64,000 bases of DNA, from assembly GCF_009914755.1 (NCBI RefSeq), contig NC_060938.1; one strand, 5' to 3'. Both the position numbers and the translations under genes were made by a program. This stretch comes from the human T2T-CHM13v2.0 reference genome, Homo sapiens. Below are positions 29,701-43,469 of the stretch, piece by piece (the stretch's first letter is position 1; each line of letters opens with the position of its first letter). The notes under the pieces are model-generated. The model was given only the letters and a program-made list of their open reading frames with translations, did not search any database and was not told the DNA's origin.

Positions 29701-30809
29701 GTGAGGTGTTTTGTTTATTAGTTTTAAGGAAGAGAAAAAAGGATGGATTGGATCAGGAAGTCAGTTATTGTTTTCTGGGTTAGTTTGAGTCCAAATCCTC
29801 AAATATGCGGCGATTTATAAGTAGCAAACTAGGAATTTAATCCACTTCAGTTTTGGATAACTTGGATAAGACACTTTCTGTCTATAGATCTGTCTATAGA
29901 TAACTTGGATAAGACAAGTTATCCAAAACTGATAAATCTGAATTAGTTAACAGATGAGGCAAATTGAGATTGTAAATGCTAAAAGATTATTAGAAAACTT
30001 TATAAACTAAATAGTTCTATGCCATGTCTTTTTAGTATTTTGCTTGTACTATAATTGTAGTGAAAATAGGTCAGTATCTAATTTTTATAGTCACTAGAGC
30101 TCTCCAACTAAATTTAGCTTAGATGTTTTTCTAGCAATTATATACTTACAAAGTTTACTTTTAAAAATTGTGTAATACATGCCTTTATAGAAATTTAAGA
30201 AAACGACTTATGGATTATGTACTTCAGATCACAGCACAACTAGAAGATGTTGATACATTACATAAAAAATCAGGAAACCTATGAAGAACATCAAAAGTGG
30301 CAAGGTGTGTTCACTTGCACTTTGTGAGATTGAAACTGCTGCCATTATCTGTGCAAACTATGGTTTGAGTACTTTTAATTTAGCAAAGACTAATTATTTT
30401 TTAAAAATTTTGGGGTAAAAAAAATGGTCTTTAGCGTAGAAGAGCTTTACCCGACTTACTTTAGTTGGTTCAATTGGTTGATTTTGGTTTGCTTTTTGAA
30501 ATTTTGTATTGTCTTAATTTGGGGCACATTGAACTCAATAACAGTTCAGTTGCATTATAATTCATTTGGGTAAAGTTTATTGTTGGAGGAGGGTAAGTAA
30601 ATATTTAACTGAAAAAGTGAAGTAAATATTTATTTAAGGCTATAAGTTGAAATATTTGTCAGCTGAGAAATTTTCAGGTAACTTTTTTAACCTTTGAAAA
30701 AAATTTACTATAGCATGAGTATTTTTTATACTGCTATGTATAATCCATAGTCACGTTTTTTAACCTTTTTATATAAAATACTGATACAGAAAACCATACA
30801 ATCATAGTA

Positions 30810-31068
30810 ATCTTTTAAAATTGCTTTATAATTCACATAGCGTAACATTCACCCATTTAAAGTTTACAGTTCAGTAGTCTTTAGTATATTCAGACTTATG
30901 CAACGATTAACACAATTTAATTTTAGAACATTTTCATCACCTCCAAAAGATACCCTGTACTCATTAGCAGTCACTCCCCATTCACCAGTCTCCCAGCCCT
31001 TATCAACCATTAATCCATTTTCTGTCTATAGATTTGTCTAGTTTAGGTATTTTATATAAATGGAATAC
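30810..31068 (-). mobile_element. L1M 3' fragment
   Basis: 'attcacccatttaaagt...ttttagaacattttcatcacctccaaaaga...tataaatggaat'. Confidence 0.75.
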
Positions 31069-32695
31069 AGGTAACTTTTTATTAGTGATTTTTCACTTAC
31101 ATGTGTCTTGCATGTCTCATGAGATAGCTATGAATAAGTTAGCCTTCTTTTACAACTTAAATAACAATTCTTGTCTGACCGGGAAAAAGTATTAAGTTAT
31201 TGAGAGACTGCATCCCAATTTAAACCAAGAACCAGACTCCTTACTAGTATTATAACTCAAAAGAATGTGTACCATTAGCCCTTACCTCTGGTGGTGCTTT
31301 TCACTGTGAATTGTTCAGCAGCCTCTCAACTTCCCGAAAATACCACTTAAGTCTTAAACTCAGACTTGCATGAGTTTACTGAGATATGTTTACCTTTGCA
31401 GCTGGCTTGCCTAGAGTCTACCTTCTTACTACCCTACTAAGTCCAGAATGAGGAAGAATTAAAAGCAAGAAAGGAGATACAGAAGAAGAGATTGCTCAGG
31501 CTGAGGAGGGGCAAAGTGATAAGAGCAGGATTAGAAAGAGACATTAAAAATTCAAGGATACTGAGTTTGTTGGCATCAGAATAAATCTTGGAGGCTGTTT
31601 TAAGAGAGAATAAAACCTAGAGGGAAGGAATAAAAGGCAAAGATGTTATAAAACATAGGTAAAATATTTAAAATATTTTGTCCTGAATTTTGAATTTTAG
31701 GCATATGTCAGTGAAGCACAAAGGATAGCCCCCTTTTTTGATGAGCTTTAGTATCCTTAAGATATTTTCTTTCTAGAACCTTGTGTAGGAATTTTACAGC
31801 TGACCATAATCATGTGTTCTCTTTGGTTTGTTCCAACATCTTTGGATTGGAACCAGTACAGAGTAGGAAACCCATATCACCTTGGGATTATTTTTCAGAT
31901 AAATCTTCCAGAGGATTAAATGGCACCATCCCCGTCAGGTCCAAGTAGGAGGGGAAGAATCCTATTTTGGGTGCTGTCAGATTCAGTGGGCTGTTTAGTT
32001 CACTTTTTATCCAGAAAATGGAGCTAAATGAGAAATTGCAGCTTCCAAAGAAAATCATACCTTGATTTTATAGATCAAAGCCTTTCTGATTAGATCAGAA
32101 TTGTTCCTGAGATTTTAGGGGCATTCAGTTAAAGTGCCCCAAGAAGAGTGATAAATCACATATAGGTGTAAAGTCAATAAAGTCCTATAGTAAGCAGACT
32201 GGAATTTAGGGGGAGGGGAATACACACTGTTAGACTGTTGGTACCTATATTTGACTACTAGGATGATTATATATTTTAAATTCTGTATTCAGTTTCTTAT
32301 CAGAAATACTGCCTACAATATCTTATACTTAATTTTTTAAGGAACAGGTGATAAAGATAGGTTATATTTTCTTCAGAATAATTGATATTCATTATTTAAT
32401 AGATAAAATGTGTTATCTGAATGTTTATAGTAGTAGAAACCAAGTTTACAAAATGTCTATATATAATTTGTTTTTAATAACCAAGGATTCTTTCTTTACA
32501 AAAGATTTCCTCTATATAAATCTTCCTGTTTTATAGATGATCTGTATTATAGGAGAAATGAGTATTTGTTGATTTAACTGGCTAATCTACAGGACTGAGC
32601 ATTATTAGAGGAGTATTTAAACATAGAAGTCTGTGAAAATATTTTTAGTGCTGAGGGAAATTGGAGGGACTTTCTAGAACCGCAAACTAATAGAA

Positions 32696-33001
32696 AACCA
32701 GGCATAGTGGCTCAAGCCTGTAATCCCAGCATTTTGGGAAGCCGAGGCGGGAGGATTGCTGAAGCCCTGGAGTTTGAGACCAGCCAGGGCAACACAGTGA
32801 TACCTTGTCTCTACAAAAAAATTTTTAAAATTAGCTGGACGTGGTGGCACATCTATACTCCCAGCTACTTGGGAGGCTGAGACGAGAGGATCACCTGAGC
32901 CCAGGAGCTCCACGCTATAGTTTGAGTTGTGATCGTGCCATTGCACTATAGCCTGGGTGACAGAGCAACACCCTACCTCAAACAAACAAACAACAAAAAA
33001 A
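32696..33001 (+). mobile_element. AluJ
   Basis: Diverged dimer with AluJ-type 'gaggattgct', 'gagcccaggag'. Confidence 0.9.
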
Positions 33002-33238
33002 CCCTTCTACCTCTGAACATGTGGGGATTTAAAGATTGCTATGATTTAAATATAAATCATGAATATAGAAAATATGAGAACAGAAGAGTATTTGTTAAAC
33101 AAGACTAAGCTGTGCTGCATAAAGTAAGGCACTATCATTGTGCTGGTATTTTCTGATTCTCTTAGTGCAATAAATGTTAAACTTTACTACTACCTTAGCC
33201 ATGTTGCAGGGAATTGACATGAATAGTTCCTGGGTTTT

Positions 33239-33531
<293 letters not shown>

Positions 33532-35896
33532 TCAAGGGCACTCTAATGTGCACATCTTAAATTCTTAGAGCCTACTTCTATGGACGATTTATGTTACTGT
33601 TGATGGAGAATTTGATTTTCTTTTTTATCTTCCCCTTTCCCTTGGCCTTTGTAGGTTTTTTGAAGTGAACATACTTTTATGTATTTACTTATTTATTGAG
33701 CAGTTCCCAAATGGCAACTTTATTATTTTATTTCTTCAACTCAGTTGTCTAGTTTACTTCATTTGTATCTAATCTATTTAACTCATCCTTTGAGTTTTTA
33801 ATATCAACATTTTAAATTTTATTTTTTTAGCTTCAAAGGTGTGCATATGCTTGTTACATGGATATAGCATGTATAATGGTGGAGGTTGGGCTTCTAGTGT
33901 ACCCATCACCCAAATACTGAAGGTTGGACCCAATAGGTAGTTTTTCAACCCTCACCCTCTCCCACCCAATTGTTTTTATTTCTGAAAGTAATATTTCTTT
34001 CTTGGTCTGCCTGATAATTTTTTTATAGTTTCTTATTTTTCGTTAGTTTTCAAAAAATACCTTGTTGGGCATTTTGTCCATAGATGTACTATCTTATGTT
34101 TGCTAATTCCAATATCGGAAGTCCTTAGGAAGTTGTACTTAAGGTAGTTTGTTTCTTTCTGTATTTGGTGATTTTTTTTATGAGCTAATATTTGATTAAA
34201 CCGAATATTTCTCCATCCTCTGTATAGTTGCCTACAATGTAATTTCTACTTTTTTTTTTTTAGCATAAAAGAGTTTCATTTTCCTTTTTATACTCAATAA
34301 CTTGTTTAATTAGCCAGTATTTTTACCAGTTTCTTTACTTATTGTTCCTTGCATCTTCTCTGAGTCCACTTTTCTTCTTGCTGAAGTACATCCTTTAGTA
34401 ATCCTTTTAGTAAGAGGCTGGCTTGTAAATGTCCTTAGTTTTTGTGTGAAAGTATATTTTATGCATTACTTTGTTTTTCAGCTAGATAGGGAATTCTTGG
34501 TTGATAGGTTTCCTCCCATCAGCAACCTCAGTATATTATTTCATTGTCTTGTGAAACTTGGCAAACTTGGATCTCTGAGAAGTTCGATCTCTGCCTAATT
34601 GTTATGCTTCTGTATGTAATTTTTTTTTTCTGGTAGTTTTTTAAAAGATTTCTTTTCTTTATTCTGTCACCACTACTTACTGTGTGACCTTGGGCAAGTT
34701 CAAAATGGATATAAAATTGTATCTGTGTCATAGGGTTGTAATGAGGATTAAGTTTTAAAGCACTTAGAACAGAGCCTTGCATATTATAACTGTGACATGT
34801 TAATATTTGTTTTATTTTGCCATACTTGATATTCTAAACACATTTCTATGATATGCTTAAGTATGTTGTTTTATCCATAGCTCCTCTTTGAAATACATTG
34901 TTGATGGGAAGATTCATATCTTTCTTTGTTTCTAGAAAATTCCTTAGCCTTCATATCTTTGAATATTCATTTTCCAATATTCCTTCTTAGTCTCTGTATT
35001 ATGTTCTAGGTGGTTCCTCAGTATCATTTTCTAATTTACTAATTCACACTTTGACTTTGTCCAGCTAGAGTTTATGTGGCCTCAGTTCCAGTGAATTTTT
35101 TTTAAATATTCAGGCTGTCTCTCTAATAGCCACCTATTCTGGTTTGATTTCTGCCTATTTTTAATTTTTCTTCCTTTAATGACTATTGTGGCTTCCTTTT
35201 AACATTTGAAATTATTTTCAGATTGTCATTTTTTCTTCTAGAATGAATTACAGTTGTTGATTTTATTGGCTGTCCATCTTAGTTTAGTTTTCTTTGTGTG
35301 TTTTGAGTTTGCTTTTGCAGTCTCCTATTGACTGGAAGTTTTTGTTGTGTTTTCTTTTTCACTCTTCTTATCCAGTGTTTTTACATGCACCTACATCTCT
35401 GTCTAAAACCACATCTTTATATTGGAGGCTTGATTCCCTTGATTCTTGGTAACATCAGGATCAGGCTTCTCTTTCCAAGAATAAGACACAAACTAAGATC
35501 TATATTTCTTCTCACTGGACACATAATTTCATCTAAACCGTAGCCCCATGCAATGGTTAGTAGTAGCTTTTTCTGGCTCCTTTCATTGGTTGGAAGAGCC
35601 TCTCCACCCTAGGTATTGGTTTCAAGCAGTGAGCCTGAGTTCTATCCCAGCCATGCATGGGTACCTTTTTAGTCCCTGTTACTATCCCTACAGGATGTGG
35701 ACTTTTGGCCATCTCTGTTACTTGAGCCCAGAAGGCTCACAGTTTTAGCTTCAAAAACTGCTTTGTATTTAAAGAGTTCAGTGGCTTGGTCTTTTTTAAT
35801 ATTTTGTTTGTATAGTTAATAAATATTTAACATACATTAAAATGTTTGGAACAGATACATTTCAAAAGTGAATATACAAATCCATTTGGTTGGAAG

Positions 35897-36254
35897 TTAG
35901 TCCATTTTGTGTTGCTATCACAGAATATCACAGACTGGGTAATTTATTAATAATAGAAGTTTATATAGCTCTTGGTTCTGAGGGTGGTAAGTCTAAGATT
36001 GAGGGGCTGCGTCTGGTGAGGGCCTTCTTGCCAGATGGAAGGCAGGAATGCAAGAGAGCACAAGTGCAAACAAGGGCAAGACGGGGCCAGACTCGATTTT
36101 ACCAGGAACTCACTCCTAAGATAAGGGCATTACTCAATTCATGAGGGCAGAGCCTTCATCACCCAGTTACTTTTTATGGACTCACTGGTTATTACTGTCA
36201 CAATGACAATTCAATTTCAACATGAGTTTTGGAGGTGACATTCAAATCATAGCA
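35897..36254 (+). mobile_element. MaLR LTR (MLT1A/MST-like)
   Basis: 'ttagtccattttgtgttgctat...cagactgggtaattta...ctggtgagggccttcttg...tttcaacatgagttttggagg...acattcaaatcatagca'. Confidence 0.8.
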
Positions 36255-39200
36255 GAAGTCAATGTTTAAAATCAATGTATATCCTACATACCCTTCAGAA
36301 AGATACTAGTTGACTCTCCTACTTATGAGAGGTATATTTTTTTATTCCTTTGCCAATATTGGGTGTAATAATTTTTTAATCTTTGAGAAGGTAATGTATA
36401 AAAAACAAATTTGTGTTTAATAGCTAGCAGGATTGGTCATTGCTCCATATATTTATTACCCATTTATATTCTTTTATTTATTTAATTGCCTGTTCACATT
36501 CATTGCCCATTTCTTTTCCTTTAAGGTGTTCATTTTTATTGTCTTTTAAAATAGCTGTTTGTATATTGTAGTAATGTTAACTTTTGTGTATATATTGCAG
36601 ATGCTTAAAAGACGTTTGCTTTTCAGGTTAATGAGCTTTATTTTATAGTGTAGGAGTTTCTTTTCTCTGGAGTCACTTTTTCTTATTCCTTTGGAATCAG
36701 TCTTTTCTTGTCATCCTTAGAAAGTCCTTTCCTACCATAAGATTACAGAAATATTTGCATACATCTACTGGTATTGTTTTATTATTAATACTTCAGACTT
36801 CAATCTTTAATCTCTTGGTATTTATTTTAAGGTGTGATGTTGAAGGGATTCAGCTACCCACCACTGGAGGGCAGGAGTGGAAAAGATCAGCTTTCAGGCA
36901 CCCATTATTGAATCTCTCTGTTCCCAGAGAGCTCTTTCTGGATTCTCAGTTCTATTCCACTGATAAATTTATTCCTGCATTAGTATTGCCTCTTAAATAC
37001 TATAATTTGGAATCAAGTTTAAATATCAGGTATTGCAGATTCTCATGATTTTAAGAATGTTTTGGCTATTCACATTTATTCATATATATTTTGAAATGAT
37101 TTAATCAAGGTCTGGGAACAAAAAGGTCCAGTTGTGATTATATTGAATTTATAGATTAAATAAAGGGAGGATAACCATCTTCACAATTTTGAATCTTCCT
37201 ATCCAAGAAAAAGAAGTGTGTGTTATTCTGAAGCCCTCTTCTTAAAAAGGTTCTATTTCTTGTTATTTATTTAGATATACTTTTATTTCTGTTTTAACTT
37301 TCTAAGTGATTACTGTTAATCATTTTCATATATGGTTTTCTATAGTCAAATAATCTTATTGAGTATTTTTTTCCCTATCATTTCAGGTTTTGAGTTTGCC
37401 ATCATGTCATTAACTGCAAATAGTTGATCTCCTTATAATTTTATGCCTCTTTTTGTTAGCCTTGGCTTATCTCAATAACCATTATTTCTACACATTGCTG
37501 AGTTACAGGGATAAGAGTTGGTGTCCTTGTTCTTTTTTCTTTCCTGGGAATTGTTCTAGTACTGAGATTTCCTCTTTGGCTTGAAGTAAGTATTATATTA
37601 AGGAATAAATTTTATCAAATCCCTTTCAGAATATGATGAGATGATCATATGGATTGTTTTTAACTTTTAAAAAGATGACTTACATTAGTCAGCTGCCTAA
37701 TGTTGGCTCATTGTTACGTTCCTAAAATGATCCCTATTTGGTGATTTGTAATATATATTTTACTGACTTTTTGGCATCTGTATTAATAAGTATGTTTGGA
37801 CTATAGTTTTATTTTTTTAGTGCTGTCTTTGTCAAATTTTATAGAAGGATTATGATAGGTTTGTAAAAAGAATTGGAAATTTTTTTCCTGTAATCTATAG
37901 ATAACTTAGGTAATTTGAGAGTTACATGTTTCCTTAGGGCTTGAAGGATCTTGTTTTGAAATAGTCTTGCCTGATGCACTTTTATTTTTAATAGCTTATT
38001 TTGAGAACAATCCAAATTTAAAATTTGCAAAAATAATACAGTGAACTTCCATATTTATTTAAATGGCCAATTGTTAACATTTTTCCACATTAGTTTTACA
38101 GACTTTTTTCCCTGTGTATGTGCATATATGTATTCATATTCTCTTGGCATGCACACACACATTTTGTTATTTTTTAGTTTTGCTGAACCATTTAAGACTC
38201 AGTATGGACATCATGAACCTTTACTCTTAAATATTTAAATGTGTGTCCCCTAAGAACAAGGACTATCACTTTCTCTTACATAACCATAGTTCAATTATCA
38301 AATTTAGGAAATTTAACATTCATACAATACTATTATCTAATATACAATCCATAGTCAGATTTTATCAGTTGTCCCAGTAATGTCCTTTATAACAATCTTC
38401 CCCTCCCCATTCCTTCACCCTTTGCCTTCATCCAAGCCAGTCCATAATCACATATTACAGTTTGTTGTGACCTCCTTGGTCTCCTTTAACCTGGAGTGGT
38501 TCTTTAGTCTTTTTGCATTTTGTTTTTCATGAGCTCTGAAGTTTTTTGAGGGATAGTTCTTTAATAACTTTCTCATATTGTTCCAGGTTTCTGGTCTTCA
38601 CTCTAGCACTAATTGAAAAAAAAAAAATTTGTTTTCCGAGAACTGTTACTTTCCTCCATATTTTCAAATTTATTAACAGAGAATTGTACAGAGTGATTTA
38701 TTTTACAACAATAAAATTCTATTTGTGAGGTGAGTATAGCCTGTTTGGCTTCTAATTTTAAATAATTTTTTTAGTTAGACTATTTAGTGGCTTACCTATT
38801 TTATTTTTTTCACATATAACATGTACTATAATTTTACGTAATATATTCCTTCAGCTTTTATTTTATTTTGTATGTGTGTGTGGTTCATTTTTCTTTTTAG
38901 GTTGAATATTTAGTATACTGATTTTCTTTAGTATACTGGTTTTTTTAACTAAGTGTGAATTTTTTTTTTTCTATTTTCAACACACTATTGCTGGCTTAAA
39001 GGTGAGGTTTCTTAATAAGGTTTGGTCACATCTCAGAATTTGATAGGAGATTTTTCTCATTATTGTTTCTAAATATTCTATAATTGTAGAAATATGTAAA
39101 CTCAATGCAAAAAACTGGTGTAGGAGCTTACTTTTTAAGCAATTTCCACGTTTGAGGTTTTCTTCTTTCTTTACACATTATCAATATCTACTATTAATGT

Positions 39201-39842
39201 ATAATTCAGATGTGTCATTTCATTATTTCATTTTCTTTTTTTTTTTTTTGGTCTGTGGGGTAGGATGGGGGAGTGTGTTAGAAATCTATAAGCTTTTCTT
39301 TCCAACATATAATCCAATAATTATTTGATTTTTCAATTAATGTTTTAAGTGTGTTTGAACAGAATATATAGTCTTGAAATTTTGGACCACATCTTTTACC
39401 AATTTAAAACATGGCTCTTATTCTGTTTATTGCTTTATTCCTTGTGATTTACTTTGTCTGAAATTGAAATTGCAATTCTTGGTATCTTTTTTGCCTAGTG
39501 TATTTCGACCACAACAAAGTACTTTTATACTGACATCTTTATTTTTGAGTTTCTTGGTTTTGATTAGTCTCTTGATTGCATGAATCTATCTTTAAATAGT
39601 TTATTTTTTCAGAAATGAAACATGGATAACACTACTTTAGTGCTGGCATATTTGATCATGTCTTCTTCATGTCTTCTTATTGCGTTTACATATAAATGAC
39701 AACCTTGCTGGTCGTAGTATTCTTGGAATAAAACCTCTTTATCCTCAACGTTTATAGGCATTACTTCGTTGCCTATCATCTGATGTTGCAAAGAAGTCTG
39801 GGACCAGCCTGATTTCTTTTTTCTTTTTCTTTTTTGGCATGT

Positions 39843-40142
39843 TTATTTTATTTTTTTTATTTGAGACAGTCTTGCTCTGTCACCCAGGCTGGAGTGCAAT
39901 GGTGCGATCTAGGCTCACTGCAGCCTCCGCCTCCTGGGTTCAAGTGATTCTCCTACCTCAACCTCCCGAGTAGCTGGGATTACAGGCGTGCGTTATTATG
40001 CCCGGCTAATTTTTATATTTTTAGTAGAGATGGGGTTTTGTCATGTTGGCCAGGCTGATCTCAAACTCCTGACCTCAGGTGATCCTCCTGCCTTGGCCTC
40101 CCAAAGTGCTGGGATTATAGGCGTGAGCCATCGTGCCCAGCC
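39843..40142 (-). mobile_element. AluS
   Basis: Antisense dimer; TSD tggcatgtttatttt. Confidence 0.95.
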
Positions 40143-40899
40143 GATGGCATGTTTATTTTGTCTGAATTGTATTCTTAAAATTTGTAATCTTCAAATTATG
40201 CTTCGGTATTGGTCAGTTTCTACTAAATGTATCTAGTACTTGATAAACGCCATTCAATCACCAAGTTCAGTCTTTAGTTTATGATTTATTTCTTCTGCCT
40301 TTGAAATTTAATTTTTCTTCCATTATTTGGTTTTCTTATTTACAATGTGCTAATTGAGCTGTTGGATCTGCATTGTTTGTATCTTTTCTCAAGTCTACTT
40401 GTTTTTGTTTCTTTATGCTTACTTGCATACTGGATGATTTTTGTCCTGTTCGTTTTTACCCCTTGCAGATTGTTTGCTGTAGTGTCTTCATTCCTCATTA
40501 TTGCTTTTCATGACATTTAAAATATTGCAATGATATTTTTTCTCTGAAATATCTTTTTTTAAAAGCTCTGTTGATACTTTTTATATTCTGGTTTCTTTTC
40601 ATCCCTGTTTCACAAATTAGGTTTTTTAAAATTTTCTTATATGTAAGTTGTCACCTAGTTTTCTAAGGTAAATCTTTTAGACTGTGACATCATGTTCTTG
40701 AGTACTTTTTTAGTTACTTTTTTATTTCAGAATTTTTGTATGGGTTCTATAAATTTTTTTCTGCTTTTTTACTTAAAGGGTGGCAGTTTTCTCTGTTGTT
40801 TGCCCAAAAATAACTAGCTACTCCTTGCCTGTTCTGTCATTATACTAGGATACCATTACCTCTTTCCCCCTTGGAATTTAACAGGCTGAATTATATTAA

Positions 40900-41147
40900 A
40901 TTATTTTAGTTATCATATTTCATTATTTTTGAGAGAAATGATAGGGATTTTGTCCTATTAACCTGTTACAGGTAAGAAACTTTGTCTTTCTTGATTTTTC
41001 TCGATGCTTGTTGAAATTACTGATTATTTTAGTTATCATATTTCATTATTTTTGAGAGAAATGATAGGGATTTTGTCCTATTAACCTGTTACAGGTAAGA
41101 AACTTTGTCTTTCTTGATTTGTCTCTTGATGCTTGTTGAAATTACTG
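40900..41147. repeat. Tandem duplication, ~123-bp unit x2
   Basis: 40900-41022 and 41023-41147 are identical apart from about 3 nt near the 3' end. Confidence 0.95.
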
Positions 41148-41214
41148 CACATTTTCATCTTTACAAGTTTGGCAGATTTTCTTTCCCAACAGAAGAACTT
41201 GACTATTGGGCATT

Positions 41215-41702
41215 CTGCTAATTTCCATGGCTGCTATAACAAATTATCACGAACTTGGTGGCTTAAAACAATACAGATTTATTCTCACAGTTCTGGAGGC
41301 CACAAGTTCAATATCATTTTCACGGGGACAAAATCACGGTGTCACCAAGAATGTGCTCACTCCCGAGGCTTTAAGGAGGAATCTGTTTCTTGCTTTTTTT
41401 CACCTTCCAGTGGCTGTCAGCCTCATCACTTGCCTGGTAGCCACATCACTCGAATCTTTAAGACCAGCGTCTTCAAATCTGTGTCTGCTCTGTCTTCACA
41501 TCACCTTCTCTGTGTGTGTCAGATCTTCCCCTGACTCTCTATTCTAAGGACATGTGGGTTCACTTAGAGGTCTCTGGATAATCCAGGATCCTCTCTCCAT
41601 CTCAAGATTCTTAATCACATCTGCAAAGACCTTTTTTTCCAAATAAGGTAACATTTATAGGATTAGGACTGGTATCTTTGGGAGTCATTATTCAGCCTAC
41701 TA
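41215..41702. mobile_element. MLT1-family MaLR LTR
   Basis: 'ggctgctataacaaattatcac...ggtggcttaaaacaa...ctcacagttctggaggc...cttaatcacatctgcaaagac'. Confidence 0.8.
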
Positions 41703-42719
41703 GGTATCATTTTGTTTTGCTACTTTAGAGTGAGGCAGACATATTAGTCAAAAATTGGATTAGAGTAAAGCCTCATAGATTGTGCTGTTTGTTAGAATCA
41801 CAGATACTGTCCTCTTTACCGAATGATGCAAACTCTGATGCCATGGTGGAAAAGTATATGAATTGAATTGGATGTGGTCAATAAGGATTGCTAGGGACTC
41901 GAGAATGCATGTTGTTCTAGGGAGAGGAAATACGTGAAGGTCAAATTCAGGTTATCAGGTTATCAGTTTGTAACCTAGTTTGTAGCTGCTTTTTTCTTTT
42001 CATTTCTTACAAGCTGGTCTTGCTGTAGTAAAATAATTTTGTGTGTCTCTTATAATCTTGATATTGAGAATAAGAGGTTTTTTTTTTAATGGGAATTCCA
42101 TCCACATGATTTTAAAGTATTACTTTACTAATGATATTTACCTAGGTATTCCTAGAACTTTAGTCTTCTCATGTAACATTTTATACATTTCTCAGAACAA
42201 GGTAATTGACAAATAATCAAGGTTGCTTATTTATTGATGAGGAAAGTTAGACATTAAGCCAAAGGACTTGTCCAGTATCGCATATTGGATAGACCTATAA
42301 TTTTTAACTTTAATCTTGTGGTGACAGGTATTTCCATTTTTTTTTTTTTTTGATGTTTCATATGTGCTTTGATGTTGATGTGTCATGTGACATGAAGTGT
42401 CTCCCTATTGTTGGATAATTGGGCAAGTCTAAGTTCTTTTTACTTTATATTCCTGATTTTGTTTTTCTAGATGTGTTATTTTTACAGATTCAGGTTACTT
42501 CTTTTTTTAAATCATGTTATTAGAGTTAAACTAATGAAAAATCATATAGAGATGAACTTGGTTTTGAAATATAATGAGTAGATACTTGCTTGGCTGGAAT
42601 TTTTTCTCACAAGTTTTTTATAAAGATGGTATGAGTGTATACTTTGTATCCAGGAATGTGTGTACACTAGGGGGAGTGTTGGGGGGATGAGGGTGGAAGA
42701 CATTTTAAGACACACAGGA

Positions 42720-43009
42720 GGCTGGTGTGGTGGCTCATGCCTGTAATTTCAGCACTTTGAGAGGCCAAGGCAGGGGAATCACTTGAGGTCAGGAGTTTGA
42801 GACCAGCGTAGCCAACATGATGAATCCCCATCTCTACTAAAAATAACAAAAAATTAACTGGGCGTGGTGGCACATGCCTGTAATCCCAGGTACTTGGGAG
42901 GCTGAGGCACAGAATCACTTGAAGCCGGGAGCCAAGATCATGCCGCCACATCCCAGCCTGGGCGACAGAGTGAGACTCTGTCTCAAAAAAAAAAAAAAAA
43001 AAAAAAAAA
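42720..43009 (+). mobile_element. AluS with deletion in right arm
   Basis: Dimer with poly(A); TSD aagacaca. Confidence 0.9.
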
Positions 43010-43469
43010 GACACAGAAGACCCTAAGTGTACACTCAGATGCTCTTTATATCCATATCCATTATCAGTTTGGTGATACGTTATTCTAGTTTCATGAACCT
43101 TTACTCTTAGAACTTGGTTTATTCTCTAATATCTTTTGGATTCAGTTTTGCAGTTGAGATGGCTAATATCAATTTGATACTCTTTCCTTTTATGATTGCT
43201 CATGTTTTTGTCTAGAACCTTGCATTATAGTATTTTTTTTTCTTTTCCTTGCATTTCTATAGTTGTGAACAACTAGGAGTGGGTTTTTAGCAATTAATTC
43301 AGTGAGCTTGTTAATTTTGAAAAGGCTTCAACTGAGGAACACTTTCTTCTCATTTCTTTGATGATAGCTTCTCTGTTTCTCCTTCAGAAAGTCTTGTTTT
43401 TTATATGCATATTTACTTTTTGGGTGCACTCTCCTTGTTAATGAGTTATTTGCATCTGATTTTGAGTTT

